A stretch of DNA of 51,537 nt, filler included, from Sphacelaria rigidula (Eukaryota): assembly GCA_964200075.2 (NCBI GenBank). It is 3 parts of 3 records of this genome, joined end to end, with 100 filler letters (N's around TTAATTAATTAA, not from the genome) between each part and the next. Parts side by side here need not be neighbours in the genome. Positions count along the whole stretch, not along the records: positions 17,216 to 34,327 come from CAXNAA020001166.1; positions 34,428 to 51,537 come from CAXNAA020001167.1; 1 more part is not named here. One strand, 5' to 3'. The translations under genes and the position numbers were made by a program. Positions 26,063-36,890 of the stretch are shown piece after piece. Numbering within the stretch: position 1 is the stretch's first letter; each line of letters begins with the position of its first letter. Under the pieces are notes generated by a model. It searched no databases, was not told where the DNA came from, and was given only the letters and a program-made list of their open reading frames with translations.

Positions 26063-26542
26063 CACGCTCGCAGTCGATCACCAAACGCGAAGCGCCGTCA
26101 TGTGTTCGGCGAGTCGCGTGAGGGGTGAGATGCACCCTACTAAGATTGTTCGGTCCGAAGCCTACTGATAATCTTGAATATGGATGGCAGCCTTCAACTA
26201 CTTGCTTCATTTCCTGGTATGGCCACTCCAGAGACAGCCACGGGCTACACTGCTTCATGGGTGTCTACCATTGAAAAAACACGTAGTATGATCATCCCGT
26301 TTGCGCGGAATTGAGGTTTTTCAACCCTGCACCATCATGGTTACCACAGAGAAATGCAAGCGCACGAGAAAAACGACGATCTGGTTGCCTAACTTACACA
26401 GTGAGTGGCGTGTTTTACAGCGTCATTGCCAACCGACGCCAAACCCACAGGGGGTCCGTCCCTACAACGCCTGGACGAGACACGCCGGGTTTTCACCTGG
26501 CCTGGCTAATACGATAGGGGGGGGGCACGGTATTTGGCGGTT

Positions 26543-29500
26543 TCACTCTTCCATCTTAGTTTTACCCTTATTCCCCTGGCTTCCGATTCTGGCTCTCTTC
26601 ATGGTGTTGACTTTCCTTCTTTTTCCCATGTGCCATGGTGGTGATGGTGTCCCTATTCCATCTTTTGTGGTCGAGAGTCCCCACTTGACACTATCGTTTC
26701 CGGGTAGCTGCGGTGCAACCTACTCCTCAGGCCTTCTAGCATAACCGCTTGACAAGACTGTATTTTTTTGTGTATTCCTTTTCTCGATTGAGGCGACCTA
26801 AAGTTTTGGTTGTATATCTATGCTTGAATTTTAGGACAAACGATGACGCCAACCCTAACCCTAACCCCGACTCAAGACGAACGAGCCCTCGGGCAAGGGG
26901 GGTGTAAAGGTTCCACACGTCGGACAGATCAGCTCCCTACAGCTCGAGCTAGCTCTTTTTGAGTATAGCTCCCTAGTGACCTATGAGAGCTACATGAGCT
27001 ACGCATGTTTTTCCTGGGATGAGCTATGAGAGCTGTATGAGCTACGCACGTTTGCGATAGGTGAGCCACCAACCCGTAGCTCATCAGCTCAGATTCGTCC
27101 TGGGTGATATATGGGAGCTATATGAGCTACGCATGTTTGCGATAGGTGAGCTGTGAGAGCTGCATGAGCTACGCACGTTTGCCCTGGATGAGCTACCAAC
27201 CCGTAGCTCATCAGCGCAGATTCGTCCTGGGTGAGCTGTGAGAGCTGCATGAGCTACGCTTGTTTGCCCTGGATGAGCTACCAACCCGTAGCTCATCAGC
27301 TCATACTCGTCCTGGGTGAGCTATGAGAGCTGCATGAGATACGCACGTTTGTCTCGGATGAGCTGTGAGAGATACATGAGCTACACATGTTTGCCCTGAA
27401 TGGGCTATGAGAGCTACGATTGCTCATCCCTTTGACCGCGAGGGTAGGAGGTCTCTGAATCGATATCATTCACACCCGAAAAACAATTTGAAATAAGCTG
27501 ATTCATCAGATCGCCAACCCTCGCGGTCAAAGGGCTAACCCCTTGACGGCGAGCATAAGTCATCTGTCGAATCGACTCCAATTTCACTTGAAAAACGCAT
27601 GCATGGCCAGATGGACTCGTACCCTCGCGGCCAACCGATCAAAAGAAATGGGTCGATTACTGTACTCACTGAACATTAATACTTTTTCTAACCATCCGAC
27701 CAAGCGAACGAGGATATGTGTTGGCTTCTTTCCTTCCTATCGCGTAGAGTGAGGCAAAACATCACAACCCAATGATGTGTGGCGCAATCCGTTCGAACAA
27801 AAATGTTACATCATAGGCGACACGGGGTTGGCCAGCGGCGAGCTAGGCATATGACGTGAGTGAGCCATGACCGTGTATCCCTGGGGTGAGCTACCGGGCG
27901 TAGCTCATCCGCTCATGTTTCCCCCTGGTGAGCTACAAGAGCTGCACACCCTGGACAATGGGATACACGGTTAAAAAGTGTACTGCGTACAGTATCGACT
28001 ATTGCGCCTATGGCGATAGACGCATTTCATACTGTACGCAGTACATTTTTATAAATAGAATATTTTGTCCAGGGTGTGGGGCTGCGTGAGCTACACATGT
28101 TTGCCTCGGGTGAGCTATTAACCCGTAGCTGATTAGCTCATATTCGCCCGGAGTGAGCTATGAGAGCTGTATGAGCTACGCACGTTTGCGATAGGTGAGC
28201 TACCAACCCGTAGCTCATCAGCTCAGATTCGTCCTGGGTGAGCCATGAGAGCTGCATGAGCTACGCATGTTTGTCCTGGGTGAGCTACCGCCTCGTAGCT
28301 CATCAGCGCACGTTCACGTTGTGTTGAGCTACCGCCCCCAGATGAGCTAGCTCATGAGCTGTCCTACGTGAGAAAGATTGCACCAGGCAAAGTGTGCGGT
28401 GGCAGACCTGAAATCGACGCCGCAGGCGCCGATTTCGACAAAAACACGTTTTGGACGAGCTGGGTCCACTGCTGAACAGCCCCAAACCAAATATTTTCTC
28501 AGAACTTCCTTGACTCCAAAATCAAGTAGTCATGTTGCCACCCATTGATATACGGCCAAAGCTTTCGGTCTACCGTCTCGATTGTACATAGCGTCAGTTC
28601 GATCAGCTTGACCACGACTGGGTTCGATTCGGATCAGCTCATGTGAGGAAATCCATCATAATTCAACATCAACGTCCCAGTATGTCACTGTCAATTTACC
28701 CCAATGTCGGCACCCAAGACTCACCCTTTGCTCCTGGTATGTCGCTCCCATGCACGACAGAAGATCCTTGGTCTTCATCCGCGTCTGAAGAACTCGAATC
28801 AGGGGAATAAATACGCACAACGGCACATTTGGTAGTGTAAAGACGGCGGGTATCAGCGCCGTCCGTCAGACAGCGCTATTCCAAGAATCACCAAGCTGCC
28901 TCGAGGATACCAAACTAGTAGCATCATCCATAACGGAAAACAGCCTGCTCTACCGTCCTCCCCACTCCCCCTCCCTTTTCGTCCGCCCAGCGTGTTTTAC
29001 TCCCCCCCCCCCCTATTCATGGGTAGGCACCTGTGCTTCTGGATGTATACCTCCATAATTGTCAGCAGGGGGACAGACATCTCCAACCCGAAGGATGATG
29101 AATGCGCACCAGCGGAGGCCGCAACTACGTTAACGTACCCCGAGATATATTAGTAACTCATGGGAGCGGACTCAACATGGACATGCATTTCAAGTTTTCA
29201 GCGGGTATAGGTTTGTCGCAAATAATTATCGTAAAGACACCCGCTGTCGCACACAGCTTATATTCAATGCTGTTATTTGTCTTCCAACATCTCCACGAAA
29301 CCAAGACCACAGCAAAGCTTGGCAGATGACTACTGAGTGCCCCCTTCACATGTACTCGTCTGTTCAAAGCTGACACTACGGTAATTCACGTCTACGTTAC
29401 AGTCCACTGCGGCCCTTGATACGTCGAGTTTAAAGTTCGTACAAGAATTGCACTCGCGCATAGAGGAAACGACGGAATCAACCTGTTCCCTTCTGACTTG

Positions 29501-32500
29501 CCGACAAATGACGAAAACCGAAGCTCTCTACGCCGATGCTTGCTAATCCCTGCAAGAGCGACTGTTTCGGATTTCTACATGTTTCAGCCACATCAATGAC
29601 CTGGCGTCCCGTGGTTTAGAGTTCAGTGTTCGACAATGTCATCATCGCATGAATCAACAAACAGAATCAAGGTCAACAAGGGGGGTTTCACGATGGTTGA
29701 CACAAGTACCTGTGGCGTGTTGGCTCGCCCCTGTTGACGCTATACCCTCAACCCCTACCCCTCCGGATAGTCCCTCCCCGGTGCCTCCTACCGCGTTATC
29801 CATGCAAATCGCCTGCAAATAGCATGGGGCATAAACTCGCATAAACTCCGGGTTCATTGGCCATGTGCAGCCTATCCACGGACGCTGTTCAGGATCTACG
29901 TCGACGGTCACGTGGTACCCAGGCTCAACCAAACCCAAACGGTATTTACGTGCTGTGGTAGAGAGTAGACCACCACTTGGGATCAAAGTTGAGAATCGCT
30001 GCATGACACCAATAACATAAAGTTGAGATGATTTCTCCGCAGGATTGATTTTTGAATCGCGAGTGCGTATACCGTCTCTCCATGCGATTATCTCCGACAG
30101 GACATACCGCCGACGCCGTGAAATAGGGCTGCCCTATGCGGCGTGAAAAAAAACGGTCCCACTTCTGTACCGTAGAAGGCACACTTCGCACTACACATCA
30201 CTACGATGATACACCTGCACGACTGAGATTCGGCGGTGAAGATGACAAGGTCGGTGTGGAAGTAGTGTTTACCCACCGCTTGGGTATATGGCGTGATGTG
30301 CAGATAATTGTGCCGACGCCGTAGGGTGACCGTCGCAAAACTGATAAAAAGGGATACGGATTTACAAGGATAATCGCACGGTGAGAAACAAGTATTTATA
30401 GTATACAAACTCCGGCATGACAGATGTCTGGCGATCTCTGCACGTTGCGTACATTTTCAATCGATACCGTCATGGGGATCGACGTGTGCGGAGTACGAAC
30501 TGTGACGCACTTTTGCGTACGAGGGAGTAGCTGGATCATACCGATGCGTTTCAAGGCTGTGATGTGAAGGATCCCGAAAGTAGCCGATCCCGCTTCTCAT
30601 TCATGACTGCGTGGAAGCCCATCAGAGCACATCAGTTGTCATTGTCTACTCTCATCACAAGAGCACGGGTAAACTTCTAGAGGAGATCGGCACAACATGG
30701 CGCCACTTCCGCCCACTACCCCAGCCATAATACATCGACACACGTATCTTTTACTTGCGGTTTCCTCACAGTCAACTATGACCAAACAAAGCGCACTTGG
30801 TGTCTTACGTCAAGTCCAGGGGCATCCCTCGTGGAGGGAACGCCGGCTCTACGGCGTACGTTCTAACTGCGACGACATGATTTCACCTCTCCTCACCTCT
30901 ACCCTCAAAGAGATTTCCGAAATACTGTCGGCTGGCCTCCGATCTGTCGACGCCATGCGCTGTAGGTCACACTTTGTCCGGTGCGCCCCTCTCCCGCGCC
31001 AAGCGGTCGAGAAGCGGAGCGGCTACTCTCTCGTCAACTTATCCCCCCGCTAGCGAAACAAGAAAAGCCCGGCTCCACAGCACACGCACCACGCCGAGCC
31101 AACCCCGCCCGCCTCCCTCCAGGCTGCAGCTAACGCGCCAGGGTTAACACGCCCGAAGACGCTCGTTTGCTTTTCCGTGTGGTCGTGACAGTAAGCACAG
31201 GCGGTGATTCCCGTTCCTTCCTTTCCACCCCCTTCGAACTATCACGGTGGCAACGATTAACCGGCGGCGATCCGGTTAAGTAATTGCCAACGCGTGGATG
31301 CTCCTTTTGGGTGTAGTTTCAAAAGACCGTAGTTGTGGAAGGACGAAAGCAAAAAAACGAGGGAGAGAAACGAGTGCCCCTATGACCATCTCAGCGTGTA
31401 GAAAGCTGCAGTATTCCGAAAGTGCAGTCCATCAAATCAGTATTGTAATAGCTCACCGCACTGTTACTGTACAGTACAGTCATGTATGTCGTGTGGTCGG
31501 TCGGTTTCAAGAAGCGAGGCTTGAACAAAACTCAACAGATGAAAGGGGCGAACTGTCTTTTACAACTAAACAATGAAATACAAGGGGTCGTCGACCCTTG
31601 TTAAGTGAGTCGAGGCTCCAAGACGAGTCTCCGTGGGTGCTTGTACTTCCACGCTACATTTGTTGGTTTCTCGGCCAGGACAATTTCGAGAGATGCACAG
31701 TCATGGTGGCACCGTGCTCTATACTAGGCACCTTTTTCTGAAATAAACGGATGCTGGACGCGGGCAAAACGAGGCAGGTCTGTTGGCACCCCCAGTTATC
31801 ACCCAACCGCCCTTTCGCACTGATTGGAGTACACAGGCAAGCCTCTGCTTATCACGATCTCAAACAAAGCATCAGGTGGGCGTGAGGAAGCCAAACCGAG
31901 CGACGCGATCGCTGCACTGTGAGTAGTACTGCATTGTGCTGTATACTGTCTATGGTACAGCGGGAAGTCTGTCGGCACCCTCTGGTCGCTTGTGTTGCGT
32001 CACATCGCAGCATCGTGCCAAAAGTAAGAATTGACAGAGAAAAACAGTCAACTCGACGAGTGGAATCGCGTCACGTCTCGCACAGCCCAACAAGCAGCTA
32101 CAACACCGATCTATCTGCCCCGCACTTGGCAGCAACAGACACAGAGAAACGAGGCTAGTCGGACTCACCCACAACAAACAGTACAGACAGGCCAGTCAGC
32201 ACTGCTGCCCGAGGCCCCGAGGTAGAACGGAATGCATCCAAGTTCGCAAACTCAAAAAATTCACCAGGTGCCGCGAAAAACCCGGACAAAATCCTGCAGC
32301 GGGCAATACACTCGGCCTTCCAAACTTTGAAGTGATTGATACATGAAAGTAAAGCATACTACAACACTCCGGGAAGGCGGTAGACGGACTGCACGGAATG
32401 CACCGTATGGTACAGCAGTGCCTGCAGTTGATTAATAGGAGGCTGTTTTCGGCTTCAGCGACCGGCCGTCCCTTCAACGAGGCAACCTCATGCCCAGGCA

Positions 32501-32791
32501 AAAACTGTGAAATATCTCTGTCTCGAGGGAGGGTCGTTGACAAAATAACCTGAGGATAAATAAAACTTCTAGCCTCGAAGCAAAGGGGGAATCATACACA
32601 ACCTCATATGGAGAGGGAACAGATACAAGTCTACTTTCACCCCGCAAAGAAGTTAAAAGCGACTTACCCGTGTTTGGCGTGAGCTTCCCTGTCCCTCAAG
32701 GTCCTTCCAATCACTGTACCCAACACATCGTCTTTTGCTGCTGACTTTGTACCCACATGCTATTGCCATGTTCCACAAGGAGTAGCCCAAC
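26543..32791 (-). CDS. Uncharacterised multi-exon gene with a C-x2-C-x10-C-x2-C zinc-ribbon motif; first exon unresolved
   Basis: Hand-built chain of GT-AG exons that stays in phase without stops: 32791-32668, 32549-32404, 32204-32169, 31779-31732, 30848-30809, 30133-30073, 29952-29710, 29549-29483, 29124-29031, 28875-28725, 28471-28408, 26690-26543. Strong donors (GTAAGT, GTGAGT, GTAAGA) at several junctions. Splicing creates CRHCCTIRSADWPVCTVC. The small middle exons and the last exon are less certain. Confidence 0.55.
26851..26868. repeat. Short interstitial telomere-type repeat (AACCCT)x3
   Basis: aaccctaaccctaacccc, the complement of TTAGGG. Confidence 0.6.
27428..27534. repeat. Small inverted-repeat unit within the AGCT element
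   Basis: Perfect 18-bp inverted repeat ccctttgaccgcgagggt / accctcgcggtcaaaggg; related sequence at 14039-14057. Confidence 0.8.
27945..28078. mobile_element. 134-bp hairpin MITE nested in the repeat array
   Basis: Termini cacaccctggacaa / ttgtccagggtgtg; inner arms tgtactgcgtacagtat / atactgtacgcagtaca; flanked by gagctg / gggctg. Confidence 0.8.
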
Positions 32792-33526
32792 CTATCTCAT
32801 CCCACTGCACGAAACTGGATATATAACGAGGAGGAAAGAGTACCATGCCTTCGAGAGCAAACCCCACCCACAACAAGAATGACGTGTTCGGTGAGCAACG
32901 CAGTGTAGAATTCGCTTTAGTTGAATAGCTCCAGTTGAATAACTGATTCCTCGTGCGGGAAACTTCCGCGGCGAAAAGTGTGTCGTGTCGTGTAAGGTCC
33001 TCGTGGAAAGTTTCAAAACTCCTTCTGCCATTTTCATGCCGTTCGTTTCGCCGGTTTTCTCTTCACAAAACATTGCTTCGGTAGCATGTAAAGCAGGACA
33101 GCAGCCGTGTTTGCTATGCTTCATGACTGATTTTTGGATCGAATATCAAGATAAAATATCATGTACATTGCTCGTCGACGTGAAAGAAATCGCGGTGGCA
33201 TATCGAGTTAACTGTAGATTTGACTGCTTGTACCGCACGGTGCGGTACCGCGTGTAGCCCCGTACAGCGCACACAACACACACATGATACAGACTGACCA
33301 CTCGTAAACTGTACTTTGTTCATCACAGACAGTATTTTGTAGGACTGTACTGTGCGGCACCCTCTGTGTATATACACTCGGCAACAACAACTGTACAAAA
33401 ATGCGAGCACCGTACTGTAGAGAAAAAGGCATGATATGCATCATACTGCAATGTAGTCGAGAGAAACGAAGAGCATCTTGTCTGAGCACCATATCCCCTC
33501 ATGTTTCCGTGCCGCTTCACGCGCAG

Positions 33527-33579
33527 TGGGCAACATCCCTTTCGGGACCACCGAAGAACAGCTACATCAGATTTTTTCG
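33527..33579 (+). CDS. Single exon of an RRM RNA-binding protein (CstF-64-like RNP2 and helix 1); other exons not located
   Basis: CAG acceptor and GTGAGA donor; encodes (V)GNIPFGTTEEQLHQIFS, matching the 'VFVGNIPYxxTEEQLxxIFS' RRM start. The contig ends 750 bp later. Confidence 0.72.
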
Positions 33580-34327
33580 GTGAGACAGCGACTGTATCAA
33601 CCAGAAGCTACTGTAGCATGTATCCATTGTCTTGCATGAGTTTCGAGCGGCGCTTTGGAGGCCACGTCCTCCAGATCCCACACCTGCCTATAGAAATACT
33701 CTTGAGCACTTTCAGAATACGGTTGGCAACAAAATATATTTTATTTTTATTGCACGTGCACTATTGAGATACATGTGTTAACTACAACATCGCGTCATGT
33801 TTGCATGTGGCAATTTTGCCCGTGCCTGGGCTTCTCTAGCAATATCTGATGGAAGTCGCGATCATGATCTAACCCGTCTAGATGCCAACGACGACGTAGC
33901 CCATAATAGGTGTTTGTGGAAAATGTCGAAATGTCTGCAGGCCCGCAGATGGAGGCCTGAGTCATGCATATATTTTTCAAGTGATAATGATGCCGATTCA
34001 GCGAATAACCACCCGAGCGGTAGCCGCACAGTACTACCCATGAAAAGGTTTAATTTTATCTGTCTAGCATCAGCCATTGGAATGCCTCCCACAGGATTCT
34101 GTCCCGAAAGAGATGGCCCTGTCAATTGCACGCCGTGGCCCGCTCCCTCGATTTTCGGAAACTTCATTCTGACGGAGCCAGTGTTACGCCGGGGGAAATT
34201 TTCTTGTTTTTACTAGTTTTTTAAACGCGTCCGCGAAAAACGGTGAAAAGCGTTGGATGATGGCAAATATCCTGTTTTCGCAAGCACGGTCCGCACCTGC
34301 TGTGCACTCAAGAGCGGCCCAGACAGC

Positions 34328-34427
34328 NNNNNNNNNNNNNNNNNNNNNNNNNNNNNNNNNNNNNNNNNNNNTTAATTAATTAANNNNNNNNNNNNNNNNN
34401 NNNNNNNNNNNNNNNNNNNNNNNNNNN
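34328..34427. other. Artificial contig-joining linker
   Basis: 44 N + TTAATTAATTAA + 44 N = 100 bp. Confidence 0.97.
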
Positions 34428-35824
34428 TGGATACCCCTTGGACCAGTTATCAACTTTTTTCTCCCTTCTGGGCAACTGGGCCGAAGAAATCGTGAATTTG
34501 GTGATTTTGAGTCGTAATGATTTGTCATAACAGTGTAAAGTATGAAGGAAACGATATCACCGTCTCGCACAAGTCTCGAAGGGGCATCTCTGAGCTGATC
34601 ATTTTTCATCAATTAAAAGATGGCTTGCTGTCGATCGGGTGGTGAAGTTGCAACCTCGCATGAATATTTGCATATACGGCACGGGAGGAGGTGGGGGTGT
34701 GCTGGAGCATGTTCCTCCGGCCGTTGCAACAGGGGGGTGCGAGCGTCATCCGAGAAATGATTCAATTACGAGTCAAGCGAGGGTAGGGTTGCACACTTCA
34801 GTTCAAAGACTTTCTGAGGCTGAACACTAAGGCTCGTCCACGGCATGTTTGGGATGGAGAGGGTCCTACGGCAAAGAGCATCGAAATATAAAATAAAATA
34901 CAACATCGCTGCGGTGGTATAGGCCTTGGGAGTTGCTAGCGTGCAAGCATTTCGGTTCACTAATGAAGATGTTTCTCTCGCTGTAACCAAAAAGGAGCGC
35001 GTAGGTGTTTTCCTCTGAAACGACTTCCTCCATTCGGCATCGTACAGTGTAGACATCCCCGCCTCGGCCGACGATCGCTCGCCACCGATGGAGATAGCCC
35101 AGACAGGGGGAAATGTTCCTGCACGATTCCAACGGTGACTCCCGAACGTTAGTTTATAGTATTGGACCGAGGCCCGCCGCGTGGAAGAATCGCTGCAGAA
35201 AACAGTTTTGAAATACACTGCGGACGCCGGCGCGGGGGGTACACATGAGATACACGTGGGGCAGACATTTCAGGGGCGCCGTTGCCCACAAGCGGGAGGA
35301 TGCAGATATTTTGTTTGCAACACAACCATTCCGCGATTGCGGCGCCTTCCGCCGCATGTTGTGCCTCCCCTGTTGTTGGCCTGCGGGTCAACGACCGGTT
35401 GGGGATGGGAAAGACGGAATTCCGAACCTCGTTGCACGCAATTCATCCTGCGTTTGGTACACACACCCCGTCTTCCAATTTCACAGTGGGACAGCCTGCA
35501 ATGCTGCCAGCTCCATATTTACGGCATACATCACCCCCGACAACTTCACCAACCCTGCCCCAAAACCTAGTAGCCGGCTACTCTCGTTTCATCGCCGGCG
35601 TGACGCTCCGGTATTCCCCACCTCCCACGTTGCGAGCGTCTGCCAACACCTGATCACGAACGGGATACACGCGGTGAACATGGTTCAACTCGGAGATAAA
35701 TGGTTGTCACAGACGTCGAAACAGGACGGGGATAAGACATGTCGACCTTTTTTTTTAGATGTATGGAATTATCCTTTTGAGCACCCAAATGTTGGAGGTG
35801 TCTCCATTAGGAGTAGGAGCGTAA

Positions 35825-36890
35825 CTCTTGGAGCAGTGTCCAGTACAAAACGATTGCCGTAACACCGCGTGGTGTTGACGGTTGGCGACTACCAGTTGCA
35901 GCCAATTCCCGAAGAAGATACTGTCCACAAGAATGAGCTTCAACCCGCAAACAGTGCTTTCGCTACACTTTCAGCGACTGTGCTCGGCGACATGTTTTCA
36001 GCTAGAATAAGTGCACCCCGATGATGGCGTGTGTGGATACTTCATTCCACGCCTTTGCCGAACCCGTAAGAGTACAGCACTGAGTGCAACCTTCATATTA
36101 CCCTGATTTCGGGCCGGAGGGTAGGGTGGGGTGGACAAGTTCGGTTGATCTTAGCGCTGTGAGACCATTTTTCACGGCAAGAAATCCCGATTTTTACAAA
36201 TATGGGGATTTCAGCCGGTCTACAGGCGATTTTCTCCCGTGAATATATTTTTCGGACCCCCAGTCCGTTGGGCAATATCTTTCGGCTAGCTGTGAGCAAA
36301 CCAGATCAATTCTCCGATTGTTTGCTCGTATACTTTTGGTATTTCATCTTTCTGATAAAATCAGGAGACTCCCGCATCTCCCCCGATTTTTTCCCGATTT
36401 TTACAAAAATCGGGGGAGATGCGGGAGTCTCCCGATATGAACAGAAATGTGGTATACCATAAGTAAACGTCCAGAAAATCGGAGAACTGTTCTGGTATGC
36501 TCACAGCTAGCCGAAAAATATTGCCCAACGGACTGGGGTCCGAAAAATCTATCCACGGGAGAAAACCGCCTGTAGACGGGATGAAATCTTCATATTTGTA
36601 AAAATCAAGATCGGTTGCCAAAAAAGATGATCTACGCTGACGGGTTCGGTACAATGCGCTGAAATATTCTGTACGCGTCCGAGGGACATTCACTAGGCTG
36701 ACAAAAAAACGCATCGACAGCCGTCGTCACTGAAAGTGTAGGGAAAGCACTGTTTGCGGCTAGACGCTCACTCTGGTGAAAAATATTTTGTAGTAGGTAA
36801 CCGGCTGCTACTGGCAGTTATAAAGCAACAGCACTGAGTAGTGTTTGGGCAATCACTTTGTAGTAGGAACTGCTGGGCAAGGTAGTTTCA
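35825..36890. repeat. About 1.1-kb fold-back (nested inverted repeats) centred near 36398
   Basis: Inner arms about 36186-36392 / 36404-36606 (e.g. ggagactcccgcatctcccccgatttt / aaaatcgggggagatgcgggagtctcc). Outer arms about 35825-35980 / 36724-36890 (ccgcaaacagtgctttc.ctacactttcag / ctgaaagtgtag.gaaagcactgtttgcgg). Confidence 0.85.

Larger units (their letters stand above)
26918..28368 (-). mobile_element. Composite AGCT-repeat element (copy 2, apparently complete), intronic
   Basis: Imperfect terminal inverted repeats cgtcggacag / ctgtcctacg, repeat arrays at about 26975-27420 and 27880-28360, and a core homologous to 13715-13880. Confidence 0.8.

Noticed and set aside
26851..26868. Telomere or chromosome end
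   Set aside because: Only three units, internal to a contig.
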